Below are positions 37,927 to 52,918 of a stretch of DNA of 64,000 nucleotides, in pieces. The stretch is taken from positions 107,756,001-107,820,000 of the forward strand of contig OX597817.1 of NCBI GenBank assembly GCA_951406725.2, in the 5' to 3' direction. The notes under the pieces are model-generated. The model saw nothing but the letters and a program-made list of their open reading frames with translations, did not search any database and had not been told where the DNA came from. Source of the stretch: Octopus vulgaris (Eukaryota). How positions within the stretch are numbered: the first letter of the stretch is position 1; the number at the start of each line of letters is the position of its first letter. Made by a program: the position numbers and the translations under genes.

Positions 37927-40900
37927 GTACACCCCTTAAGCTGTTTTGTTGTTGTTACTGATGATGTGTTTTAGATAAATGTTTTTGTTTAGCCTTGATT
38001 GAGCAAATATATCAGAGACATTCCAGCTATGACTATCCCACTTTCTTTCCTTTTCTAGTACTTTAGCCTACACAATCCAATGTTCAATGAGATGTGGTTT
38101 GAGGGAGATCTGTTTGCTTTTTCAAGCAAGTTGAAAGACCACATAGAGGCACCCTCATTGATTCATTTTAAAGATATTCTAAATATAGGTGATGGTGACC
38201 TTCATCCTTCTACCACCACAACCATTATCATCATCATGAATTTCATCTTCCCACCACCACTACTATCATCTTTATCATTATACTACCATCACCACCACTA
38301 CCATCATCATTGGTTTAATATTCGCTTTTCCATGTTACCATGGGTCGAATGGAATTTTGTTGAGGTAGATTTTCTATGGCTGGAAGCCATTCCTGTCACC
38401 AACCTTCACCAGTTTCCAAGCAAGATAATATTTTCACATGGTCAGACATATTTTCATGGAAAATTGGAAAAGAAAGGACACCACTTGCATGATGGTGACA
38501 CTTGTTTACAACTGTCACATGCTACCAAAGCAAGGAGATAGTAATATACACACACTCATACATACACACATCTGTGCATGCACACACACACACACACACA
38601 ATGGATTTCTTTCAGTTTCTGTCTATCAAATCCACTCACAAGACATTTGGTCCAAGTAGAAGACACTTGCCCAAAGTGCTGTGCAGTGGGATGGAACCCA
38701 ATACCACATGGAGGAGAAGTAAACTTCTTGCCCACATAATCATAGCTGCATGAACTTTTCCTTATTCTTTTTATGAGTATGAGTTTGATGGATCTGGAAA
38801 CTTGATGTTTGGCTCATTGATTACTTTAGGAAATATTCTTTTCTCTGGATGTCCTTCTTTGAGTCACCAAGTAGAAGTTGGACTAATATTTAACACATTG
38901 CTTACCATAGGAGTCATCAGTGACTCCCTGTATTCTTGGTCTTGGTATGCAAAGTGTTAGTATAGTAAAGTAAAAATTTCTTTCTCTTTGGTTGCGATAC
39001 TTTCACAGATTCTCATGATTCTCTGTCACCATCCAATTCCATTATTAATTTGATTTGGGAGCTTGAGTTGTGAATTTTTCATGAGCTGAAAATAAAAATA
39101 AAAATGTTTAATTTCAATTGTTTCAGCTAAGATTCATTCTCATGTTTCAATTCAAGTAATTTTTGTATTCCTACTGATTGTGCTTCATCCTTATTACATT
39201 TATGACATCCAAACTGTATTAGGAATTCAGTAATTATGCTCTTATTTATAATGTCTTCTCAGGTTCTCTAGATATATTCAAACATCAAAACCACTCACTT
39301 TTATGTCAGTAGTTACTGTGTGGTCTGTACAGTAGAGAATATAGCATTATTATTGAAGTGACAGTCATGAACCAACTTCTACAGTTACTGGATCTGCTAG
39401 AAATAGCAACCAAATCATACCCTGTTATCTTGAAAAAACAAGGATACTTTAGACAATGTGTTTCTTGGATGGTCATGGCTGGAATGTCATTGGTCCTATA
39501 TTTGCTTGATCAGGATTGTGTGGATTAAACAAGTTGATCAGGATGCATCTATTTTAATAATATATGAACCTGTTTAGTTTTAGATGAGCCTTTTCATGAG
39601 ATGCTGTTCAAAGATTGGGCGATCACATTATAGAGTTATAAAGTTTGAAAAGCTTTGTTGGGCTAAGTTTTAACTGTAAGACAGAAGAATAGGATAGCAT
39701 AAAACACCCATTGTCCTACACTTCCAATATGATATAGCTGATAAATACATCCCCTCACTTTTAAAATCGAATTATATTTATTTATTAAATGATTAGATAA
39801 AATCTTCTAAGCTCAATGGTTGAATACCTCCCATCAATATTTTGCTGTGAGTTTTAGTAAAGCTGTCTGAAACAACTGATAAGAAGAGCTGTAGTTATCT
39901 ATTTAACCATTAAATAATTTGTGTTTTCCTTCTAGGTCATCCACCTATAGAACGTTTCTTTTTAACAGATTATCCACCTGTAAATGTTTGTAGAACTATA
40001 CAAATAGTTTTATTCAATTCATATAGTTAATCTTATCATTATTACAGAAGGCTGTAGAAGTGTCACTCAACTTAGAAGAGAGAGAAAAATTTTCTTCTTG
40101 ATAGAATATTAATCTAAAATTTGTGTAGCCACCCTAAAAAAGTACTACTTACAATTTAGGGTATGCTATTGTTACACCTACAAGCATCCTGGCCTATATA
40201 AAAAAAAAAAAGGCTAATTGGTTGATTCACTCACCAACCCCCTAAGTCATTAGTTTCACTGATTTACTGTTCCTTCTCTGTCACTATGTCTTTATTACAA
40301 AGGCCTCTACTTCCCTGAACTTGCAAGTTATTTAAGCATCCCTTTTTTGACATACCTGATGCAACCTGCTTTCCCCTTTGCTCATTTCTACAATGTCTAA
40401 CTCCTCAGATATTACACTAAACACTACTCTGTCATTCTCCCCTCAAACCAACATCCCTTCCTACCCATATTTTTCTTGCAGATGTTGACCTACAGAATTT
40501 CAAATTAGACATAGTGGTCTAAGGAAGTTTACAAATGGTATGAGTAGTCCCAAATTTAATCAATACTGCCCATTAATGATGAGCAAGTAGAAACCAGTAG
40601 TTGTGATGAGCAGATCATACTCTATTCATGATCTCAACAACTAATGGCCACTTCAGTAGCATTAGACCACACCAATCCTTATTATATCTAATTATAAGAA
40701 CCCTGTTCTTATAATTAGATCTGATCTTGATGTCAAAATTATTGAGAAATTGTTCTGACTTGGTACAGACCTGATAAGAAAGTCTAGTTCTTCAAAGACT
40801 TCTCCTTAGGGTTTCTTACTGAGGATGCTTAAGTGTTGGTGATGGTGATAATTTGTTTACCAGAAGTAACAGTGTTGTTCCCATGTATTAGCTTTATTGT

Positions 40901-42074
40901 TTTCTGAAAAAAGGGGTGTTAAACATTCCTGCTGATTCTTCAGGAATTCATCATTGTCATCATCATCATTTAGCATTTGCTTTCCATGCTGGCATGGATT
41001 AAACAGTTTGATTGAAACTGGTAAGCTGTGGGGCTACACCAGGTTCCAATCTGATTTGGCATGGTTTCTATTACTGGATGCCTTTTCTAATTCCAGCCAC
41101 TCCAGGAATGTAATGGGTGCTTTTTATGTACCACTGGCATGGGTGTCAGTTATGTGACACTATAATTTCACTTAGCTTGACGAATTAGTTATTATATAAA
41201 TATAATGAAACAATTTCTTCTGAAAACCAAAGCTATGGCTATTATGCCTTGTGATAAATAGGTATAAATATGTGAAAATTATGACTGTTTAAAGTCCTCT
41301 TAGTGTTATATAATATCCCCTTAAAGATAAAGAGAAACTGCTCATTATTTTTTATTGCTTAACTGACCATTTCTGTGAGATTGCAGGGTGTGATTTTAGG
41401 CAGATTTCTAGCAAATCACATACATAGAAACCCATTGACTCGATCATTGCTCATTGGCTCATTAGTTAGACACCTTATATACACTAATGTAAGTGTTGTT
41501 CTAAATACAGTTGCTATACTTGAGTCATTTTTTCTCAAATCAACTATAGTTGTGTGTGCCAATCCATATACTTCAGCATGAAGTATATACTTCATTGATA
41601 AGGTCAATAATACTGAAACATATTTGGAGTTGTCTCCTGTACTTGCCAAAATAATTAAAATAATACTTTACAATGAGTGTATAATTATTTCTAATTAGCT
41701 GTTTATTATACATCAAGTTATTCTTACGTTGGCATTTTATTCCTCTCTCTTCAATACTGTTCAGTAATACCACTATTGACTGGAGTATTTTCATAAACTC
41801 TGTTGTGCATAATAAGCACATTTTATCACTTATTCTATATGACTTCGCTCTACAAATAATTTTCCAATTAAGGGTGTATTCTATTTTATTAGATTTCAAC
41901 TCCCATATGTATTTACTTAGACATGTCGAATTTATTAAGTTGGGATTTTTGAAATGTATATATTATATACATGAGTGTATATATATATACATGAATATAT
42001 ATGTATATATATGTTTATATATATACATGTATATACATATATGTATATATATACGTACATATATATACATATAA

Positions 42075-42125
<51 letters not shown>

Positions 42126-42180
42126 TGTGCATATATATATGTATATATATATGCACCTGTATATATATATATGTATATAT

Positions 42181-42212
<32 letters not shown>

Positions 42213-43194
42213 CATGATGATGATCATCATCGTTTAACGTCCGTTTTCCGCGCTAGCACGGGTTGGACAGTTCGACAGGGGGTGGGAAGCCAGGGGCTGC
42301 ACCAGGCTCCAGTCTGATCTGGCAGAGTTTCTACAGCTGGATGCCCTTCCTAATGCCAACCACTCCGCGAGTGTAGTGGGTGCTTTTTATGTGCCACCTG
42401 CACAGAAGCCAGTCGGGGCGGCGCTGGCATCGGCCATGTTCGGATGGTGCTTTTTATGTGCTACCGGCACAGAAGCCAGTCGAGGCGGCGCTGGCAACGG
42501 CCACGTTCAGAGGGTGCTTTTTATGTGCCACCGGCACAGGTATCACAACTACTATTTCCATTGATATTTATTTCGATGTTCATGTTCATGTACTTGACTC
42601 AACAGGTCTCAAGCGCAGTGGGACGTTCTGGAATCCAGGGTACTTTGAATGGGTAGGGGCTATGCGGAACTGGTGCAGTCACAGCATATCTCCAGAGATC
42701 TCGGTCCTTCGCCATTGCCTCAGTGAGGCCCAATCCTCTGAGGTCATGCTTGACTACCTTATCCCATGTCTTCCTGGGTCTACCTCTCCCTCTGATACCT
42801 TCAACTGTTTGGGAGTGGCACTTCTTCACACATCTCTCCTCATCCATCCGCAGTACATGACCATACCATCGCAAGCGTCGCTCTTGCACACCTCATCTGA
42901 TGCTTCTTATGTCCAGCATTTCTTTCATGGTGCTTACACTCTGTCGTGCGTGCACATTGACATTACACATCCAGCGAATCATGCTAGCTTCATTTCTTTC
43001 AAGTCTACGCATGTCCTCTGCAGTCACAGCCCATGTTTCACTACCGTAAAGCATGGCAGTTCGCACACATGCATCATACAATCTACCTTTCACTCTGAGC
43101 GAGAGACCCTTTGTCGCCAGTAGGGGTAGGAGCTTTCTGAACTTTGCCCAGGCTATTCGTATTCTAGTGGTGATACTCTATATATATATATATC

Positions 43195-43234
<40 letters not shown>

Positions 43235-43665
43235 TGTATATATATAAATACATATCCATCTATATATATATACACACACACACACATGTATATATATATA
43301 AATACATATCCATCTATATATATATATAGAAACTCACTCTCTATTTGTATCACATTGAAACTAACTATGACTTAATTTTTCCTCTCACACCGTCTGTGAT
43401 GAAGGGATATTATTCATCAATATCCTAGAAGCAGCTGTAAGACCTTCTATCTATAAATGCTCTTATATCTATACAGCCTTGGTTTTTTATCTTATAATGC
43501 AAAACATTCTTATATACACATGCTGACATAGAACCAACGTTTAACCTTTTATTCACAATATTACCGAATATGGAACTTAACTATGGTCTGTCTATTGCAC
43601 TTATTCAGCATTACCTGGCACCTTTGGGTCTCAATGACACCATTATTTCTTATATATATATATAT

Positions 43666-43712
<47 letters not shown>

Positions 43713-43777
43713 ATATATATATATATATATGTATGTATATATATATATATGTATGTATATATATATATATATGTATG

Positions 43778-43817
<40 letters not shown>

Positions 43818-43847
43818 TGTATGTATATATATATATATATATGTATG

Positions 43848-43900
<53 letters not shown>

Positions 43901-44091
43901 ATATATATATATATATGTATGTATATATATATATGTATGTATATATATATATATATATATGTATGTATATATATATATATATATATGTATGTATATATAT
44001 ATGTATGTATATATATATATATGTATGTATATATATATATGTATATATATATATGTATGTATATATATATATGTATATATATATATGTATG

Positions 44092-44123
<32 letters not shown>

Positions 44124-44198
44124 TGTATATGTCTATATGTATGTATATGTATATATACATATGTATATATAATATGTATGTATGTATATATATGTATG

Positions 44199-44234
<36 letters not shown>

Positions 44235-44243
44235 TATGTATGT

Positions 44244-44284
<41 letters not shown>

Positions 44285-45126
44285 TATGTATGTATATATA
44301 TATATGTATATATATATATGTATGTATATATATATATGTATGTATGTATATATGTATGTATATGTATATATATGTATATATGTATGTATATGTATATATA
44401 CATATGTATATATATATGTCACGTCACGTGACCGACCAGTCCATCAGATGTAGTTACACATCGCTGGTCACAATGTGTTCGCATTGTTTTAGCCTTCGAA
44501 TGACGCCACCCCGCTGGCTAAGCGAGCAGGCCATATATATATATGTATGTATGTATATATGTATATATAAGTATATATATATATATATATAGTATTTAAG
44601 TAAAAGGGCAGGCAACAGGTTGCTCTGCCGCATACCGAAAGAATTAGAAATGGCAGTCAGAACTGTTTATTTCCATTTTCTACAAGTGGGGGCTCCATAT
44701 ACGACATAACCCTGTGATTCACATACGCAAAATCGGAGTAGCAAATAAACGAAAACAATCCCTTACCGTTAATGGTGAACATGTTTCTAGATCGTAGGCG
44801 AGAAATTGCCTAAAGTCTTTCTTCAGCACCATCTTCGTTAGATTTATCCAATGCCACCAGGCTCCACCTTTGACCAGGCGTCATCAAATACTTATATACT
44901 ATATATACTGAACTCTACAGAAGTTCCTGACGCTAAAAGTCATATTTACATACCGAAATCTACCGGTAAATAATTGTTGGTTGTCTGAAAAACCATCGAA
45001 AAAATTATTTACCCTTTTATTGTATATATATGTATGTATATATATATATGTATGTATGTATATATATGTATGTATGTATATATATATATATATGTATATA
45101 CACATATATATATATACGCATATATG

Positions 45127-45166
<40 letters not shown>

Positions 45167-46006
45167 TATATGAATATACATGTATGTGTATAAGTGCAGA
45201 TATGTGTGTATTTTATATTCCTGACACTTTCCTTTGTTTTCTGTTATAATATTTTGTGAATGAACTGACATCTTCACCCTGTGCATATTTCAGATGGATT
45301 AAATTTGAAGAAGATGTGGAAGAAGGTGGTGACCGATGGTCGAAACCTCACGTTGCAACATTATCCCTGCATTCAATTTTTGAACTGCGCTGTTGTATTA
45401 TGAGTGGTACATGTATGTTGGACATGGATACTTCTAACATGCAGCAAATGTCAGGTAAATGAAATATTCTTAGTTGTTCTTACATTGCATTTGACAAATA
45501 GTTGAAAGTTAAATGTTTGAGAAGGTTGTTTTATGACATTGTGGTTTGAGGTTCCGTCCTATTGTGCTGCATCTGGGGTATGTACCTTCTATGGCCCTGG
45601 GCCAATCAATGCCCTGCGAGTGAATTTGGTAGAAGGAAACTGTGTGGAATCCTGTTGTGTGTGTATATACATGTGTGTGTGTGTGTGTGTGTTATGTTTG
45701 TTGTGTTTCTCCCCCATCTCTTAACAACCAGTATTGGATTGTTAACACCTTTTTCCCCTAACTTGGCAGTTTTACAAAAGAAAATCAATACAGTAAGTAT
45801 GAGACTTTAAAAAAATGAGTACTAGGATTGATTGATTCAACTCATATTTGATAAACTAAGGCGCAGGAGTGGCTGTGTGGTAAGTAGCTTGTCTACCAAC
45901 CACATGGTTCCGGGTTCAGTCCCACTGCGTGGCACCTTGGGCAAGTGTCTTCTACTATAGCCTGTGAGTGGATTTGGTAGACGGAAACTGAAAGAAGCCC
46001 GTCGTA

Positions 46007-46055
<49 letters not shown>

Positions 46056-49000
46056 TTGTGTGTCTGTGTTTGTCCCCTAGCATTCTTGACAACCGATGCT
46101 GGTGTGTTTATGTCCCCGTTACTTAGCGGTTCGGCAAAAGAGACTGATAGAATAAGTACTGGGCTTACAAAAGAATAAGCCATGGGGTCGAGTCGCTCGA
46201 TTAAAGGCGGTGCTCCAGCATGGCCGCAGTCAAATGACTGAAACAAGTAAAAGAGTAATCTGAATGCTAAAGGGTTAAGTGCTTTTAACAGAGTTTCCAG
46301 GTCAGCTTCTTCTCTCTCTTCTATTAGTCTCATGAGCTGCAGCCATGCTGGGACACAACCGTAACCCTTTAGCATTCAGATTAGTTTATCAAATATACTG
46401 CTTTTTTAATCATATTGTTTGGAATTAATCATACATTATCTTGTTGCTTTGAGATTTCGATTAAGGGAATAGTTTACTTTTAGTATGACGTTTCAGGGTA
46501 GATGTAAGAGACTGTATTTGATCAGTTTGAACATAAAACAAAGAGAATGTTTTGGCCAGATATGGCCAGTTTAAATGCTAAAGGGTTAAGAACCACATGT
46601 TGGGTTAAGTCTACCTCTCAAACTGAGAGATGAAAGTAGGAAAACTACTGCTGTAGCTTAATAAGTTGGCTGAAGTTAATTTGAGGAGAACTTCACTGTT
46701 ATTTTTTGCAGGTCTAGCAAACTCACTAGATGCACTCTTGAGAGACAGGTTTATTTTGTATAAACTAACTGTCATAAGAGTGGATGACTTAATTTTTTTT
46801 TTTCAATCACTGAATTTCATGATTTTGTGTACTATTGTGGAGTACAAATAAAGTTTTGGAGTTGAAGCTCTAGCCCTGAGAAAAAAAAAGAAAAAATTGT
46901 ATGCAAGAAGAAAATATATTTGGTCTAAATGATTAAGCATTAGATTAATCAAATTATAGTGTAAAACATGAGATTAGGAAAATTAGTTAACAGAAATTTG
47001 AATTAATTGATAAACATTTAAAAAATAATTACAAAATTTTACAAATTTAATACCTGGTAAACTTTAAATATAATTGCTTCTATGATATGCCAATGTTTGT
47101 AATGGTAAATATTTCATTCAATCATACTTTGTAATTTCTATTCCTCCCTCCCACTCTCTCTCTCTTTATTTTTGTTTTTTTACAATGAATCAGAATAAAT
47201 TGGATTTGCTAATCACTTAAATTGTATTTTCTGTTTAACAGACCTGATCTTAGATACCATGATGGCTAATAAACAACTTGCTGAAGAAAATAGAGAGAAA
47301 GTGAAAGAAACACTACTCAGTCGTCATCGGCATCAACATGAAAAACGTTATCGCAAACCCGAAGAATCAGGGAGTAAACTTCATCTTCCAATCATCAGAT
47401 CTTTGGCTGACATTGGCAAGAAATATTCAGAACCCAAAAATTTGGGCCAACATGGTAAATATAAGTGATTTATTGAATTGCTAATCAATAATATTATGGA
47501 ATATTCTTTTGATTTGAAAAAGCTGTAGATCCAAAGTTCCTTTCTGTTCACTTTTCTCTAAATGAATTTATCTCTTTCAGACATGTTGTTATTCTAATGA
47601 ATAATAAATTTCTTTTCTTTTTTTTCTCTTATGATACATAAGCTTGGGGAACAGGCAAACTTCTGTCTGAATTGTGGATGCTGTAATGTAATGTTTATCT
47701 TTCAGTTAATTATGGAAGAATGCATTCTCTATTGCCTATAATTACATCTGATGGGGCACACAAACTGGTACTCGGAAAATCCTCTGAAGCTGAAGGTGTA
47801 CCAAGCAAGCTTTTCTGATTGCTAGAAGTGTTTTATGGTTCATCTTGTTTTGTCAAATTCAGATATCAAATAGCTAGTTATTTGAGATGCTGTTGGACAA
47901 GATTTTATCCTCTCACCCCAACTATACAACTGTAATCTTTAATAAAATAATTCCTAAGCATTGAACTCAGAGCAAGGCATACTATTTGGGTAACTAAATA
48001 GAAGGAGTGAATTAACCCTCTTCTTATCCAAAGCATTTTCATAAGCTTTTCCATCCTTGTTTTCAGACTATTAGTTCACTCTTGCTTCATATATTCTGAG
48101 TAATATAAAGCTTTCCTTTCATAAATCCCCAAAATGTGTACCATGATACCTGGACTCTAGGAAAATGTGTTCTGTGATACACTGGACAGGCAAAAGGTCA
48201 AAGGGAACACACTCTAAGATCACTCTGAGGTAGATTTTCATGTTCTTCCTCTCAGCAGTAACTCAGGTATTCAGTCACTCAAATTGAATAACTGGTAAAA
48301 GTATCATTCTTTACAAATCTTTTAAATTTGACCTATGAAGCTCAGAAAGGTACTGTGATAAGAAATTAAGTTTCATGGTAATCATGTGTTTAGGGTGGAA
48401 AATACATATATGGATAATAGTAAACTTAACTTTATCTCTACTTCCTTCTATTGAAAATATAGAGTAAGTGGTGAGAGAAACAATATTCATTAGAACGAAG
48501 AAATGTATCAAAGGAAGGAGAAAGTGAAGAGAAAGACACTTGTTTCCACAACCTTGTCATTGCAAAGCAGTATATATTTGGTGATCAAAAGAATATGGAA
48601 AATTTGTTTCCTGTCTGTGCTGCATCACAGTTTATTGAAGCTTGTTGCACTGCAGTCTCCTACGATAACCAGCAGTAGAGTAAAGTGACTATACATCAAA
48701 AACTAGCTGCTTCATATATATCACGACCAGCTGAACATAACCAGTTTAAAAACTGACAAGTTTCTGCAGTGAAGAAAATAGCTCAATTTGCTTAAATTGA
48801 ATTTTATTAGCTTGAGTTCTAAAGTAAAAATCTCTTTTCAGACACTAAGCTTGGTACAAAAAGTACTCCAAATTTAGGATTGGTTCGGAATAATACCTCT
48901 GCTGGCATTTCAGGGACATCACCAACCAGTAGTACTTTGCAACCAAGTCCGTCATTCTCCAATAGCGATCTCCCTGAAGTTCCTTCATCCCACAAGGTGA

Positions 49001-51768
49001 GTCTGTCAAGTTTTAACTGATTATTCCTGACAGCTGTTTTATCTGCCGCTTGTTCTAACTTAAATATTCATGGGTCAATAAGGCCACTTCTTTGAAGTTG
49101 CTCAACTGCCTTAATAATAACAGCCAATTTTCCTCCAACTAACGCTTGACCATATTTAAAAGAGAATGACATTGTATAATGTGGTCCTAAATGTACTATA
49201 TCTGAAAATAAGATGGAATGGCCTTAGCTGGAATGCTTTTGTTCATAGGTTTGGTTAATGTCAGGTTAAAACAACAGCTTAAATATTCACTCTTGACTGT
49301 AGAATATAAATTTTATTGCTTTTGAAACACAAGAAATTCCTGTAATTAGATGACTAAATAAGTCAATACATGTGTATATCTTTATATATGTTGGATAGAA
49401 GAATGTTAGACCTAATAAATGAATTTCATTTTCATATTGAATTGATATTTTCTTCTATTTTCTTCTTTTTATTTTCAGATTAATATGCATTTCATGAAGA
49501 AGATCCCTCAAGGTGCAGAGTCTGCTAACATTTTGGTTGGAGAAGTAGATTACCTAAATCATCAGGTGTCAGGGTTTATACGTCTCAACAAGGCTGTTAT
49601 TCTGGGAGATTTGACTGAAGTTCCTGTACCAACCAAATTTGTCTTTTTCTTGCTGGGCCCCTTAGGAAATAGCAACAAATACCATGAAATTGGACGTTCT
49701 ATTGCTACACTCATGTCAGATGAGGTTAGTCTTATTTTCAGTTGTTTTAATTTGAAGTTTTATGTGTATGCTTGACAACTGGTAGATGGAAACTGAAAGA
49801 AGCCTGTCATGTGTGTGTGTGTGTGTGTGTGTGTGCGAGATTTTGTGTCTGTGTTTATTCATCCCACTCCCACTGCTTGGCGACTGGTGTTGGTGTATTT
49901 ACATCTCTGTAACTTAGTAGTTCAGCAAAACAGACTGATAGAATAAGTACCAGGTTTAACAAAATGGTAAGTACTGGGGTCAATTCATTCGACTAAAAGG
50001 TGGTGCCCCAGCATGGCCGCAGTCTAATGGCTGAAACAAGTAAAAGGTAAAAGAAAAGATCATAGAAGTCTTGAAGCTACAAAATAATGCATGATTAATT
50101 CAAAACAGTGTAAATAAATAAAGCTAGGTGGTTGGCGTTAGGAAGGGCATGCAGCCGTAAAAACCCGACCAAAACAGATACAGAAGTCTGATGCAGGTTC
50201 CTACCTGGCTGGCTGGCTCCTGTTAAACTGTTCAACCCATGCTAACATGGAAGGTGGACGTTTGGCCGAGTAATTCTGAATGCTAAAGATTTAATTTATT
50301 AACTTAATTAGTTTATGTACCTCTGCTGCAGATTAATGGTAAGCTCTTGGAAATCTGAGTTTGAGAGGCAGATTTCATTTGCAATTAAACCATTTCACTT
50401 AACATTTCTATATTAAATTTTACTCTAAGATCATTGATATAAGCAAAATCAAGCACCTCACTTTTAGCTACGCGTCAAAATGAAGCGTTGCTGTGCTAAA
50501 GTCACTTGTAAAGGGGAGCTACTCTAGAATTAAATCTGATACTTGTCATGCTAAATTCACATTTGAAGGGAAGCTACTCTAGTATTCAGTCTGAAACCAT
50601 TATCCTCAATCGACATCAGAGCTGCTTTCTGATTTATGGCATTAATGTGATTTAGGCTGATGTTATGGATAGTGTGCGACAAACATCCACTTTCCTCTCT
50701 GCTTATCCATTACTATTCAATTCTAGCTGATAGCAATATCTGGAGTTCTCTCCCTTGATACTTCTGATGATACAAAGTTTGTCGTTGACATCTTTCATTC
50801 AATTAGTTAAAAAAAGTTTTTTTCAATCTACGACATTAAGAAGAGCAGCTTGTGCTTAGCTAATTAATACTTTAGTGAACTATGAGGGTAATGTTACTAT
50901 TCTTTAGAAAGCTTTCTGTTTTCACTTTAACCTTGCAAACTCAAAGACGTCTCTGAGAGAAATATTTAGTTTATCCTGACCCCAATTTAAGTAATGAATC
51001 TTAAGGGAAATTGATGTTGTTGATTTGATGGAGATGCATCCACTTTGTCACCAATTATTTATGTCCTTTGCTTTCTTTGTAATTAGCACTGTTCATCCAA
51101 GTTTCTCCTCAATTGCCATGTGCTGGCTGACAAATGCGACAAAATTCCTTTCCTCTTTAGGGCTAATTGTTGTGGCAGTGCCTTCTGTGATGTTCCAAGT
51201 ATTCAATAATGATAACAGCATTTCCATGCACATGCATGTACATACACATACATAGTATTGAAGTGACAACATCACTATTGTCATAATCATTTTTAATGTC
51301 CATTTTCCATGCTGGTATGGGTTGATAGTTTGATAAGATCCAATGAGCTGCAGAGTTGTGCTGAAGTTCATTATCAGCTTGGGCATGGTTTCTATGACCA
51401 GATGCCCTACCTAATGCCAACTACTTTACAGCGTGTACTGAGTGCTTTTGCATGCCATTGGCACTAGCGAGGTCACTGAGTAACTTGCAAGACATGAAAC
51501 CAACACAAAGAAGCCCCCTTGATAAAGAGGGATATTTGAGAGAGGGAGGTGGTTTTATGCTAGTTGTTGACAAGCTAAATTATGAAAGAAGACAAACACA
51601 GGTGTCCCTCTATCATATATACTTAATGGAGTCTCCCGTCGAAGATGACATATGAACGTTCAACTATTTGCCATATGACCTGCACAAATGATTTGTTTAT
51701 AGTGATCAAATGCTCATGCTGCACATACATACATACATTCATACATCATACATACATGCATACATACA

Positions 51769-51799
<31 letters not shown>

Positions 51800-51821
51800 G
51801 TATATTTATGTATATATATGT

Positions 51822-51853
<32 letters not shown>

Positions 51854-51993
51854 CACATATATATATACATATATATAGATATAAATATATACATAGATAT
51901 ATATGAATATATATATATATATATATATATAAATGTATGTATATACATAGATATATATGTATATATATATATATACATATATATAAATGTATG

Positions 51994-52071
<78 letters not shown>

Positions 52072-52526
52072 GATGTATGTATATACATAGATATATATGT
52101 ATATATACATATATATAGATGTATGTATATACATAGATATATATGTATATATACATATATATATATGTATGTATATACATATATATATGTGTATATATGT
52201 ATATATATATATATATACACATATATATAGATGTATGTATATACATAGATATATATGTATATATATATATACACATATATATAGATGTATGTATATACAT
52301 AGATATATATATGTATATATATATATATACACATATATATAGATGTATGTATATACATAGATATATATGTATATATATATATATACACATATATATAGAT
52401 GTATGTATATACATAGATATATATGTATATATATATATATACACACATATATAGATGTATGTATATACATAGATATATATGTATATATATATATATTCAT
52501 ATATATAGATGTATGTATATACATAG

Positions 52527-52557
<31 letters not shown>

Positions 52558-52880
52558 TATAGATGTATGTATATACATAGATATATATTATATATATATA
52601 TATACATATATATAGATGTATGTATATACATAGATATGTATGTATATACATAGATATGTATATACATATATATCTATATATATATATATATAATATATAT
52701 ATATATAAATATATACATATATATATGTATAGATATAATATATATATATATATAGATATAAATATATACATATATATATGTATAGATATAAATATATATA
52801 TATATATACATATAAATATATACATATGTATATATGTATGTATATATATATATGTGTGTGTATATATATGTATATATATG

Positions 52881-52918
<38 letters not shown>

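Noticed and set aside
38080-38541. 153-aa ORF with a His run, a candidate for the SLC4 His-rich N-terminus
   Set aside because: Derived from (cac/cat)n repeats and an RTE tail, and lies downstream of the exon it should precede.
43561-44592. Long Tyr/Ile/His-rich ORFs (also at 8266, 32998, 41935 and 51710-53025)
   Set aside because: Translations of (TA)n/(TG)n microsatellites, which lack stop codons in most frames.
47581-47597. Strong acceptor tctctttcag in the intron
   Set aside because: In-frame TAA after five codons.
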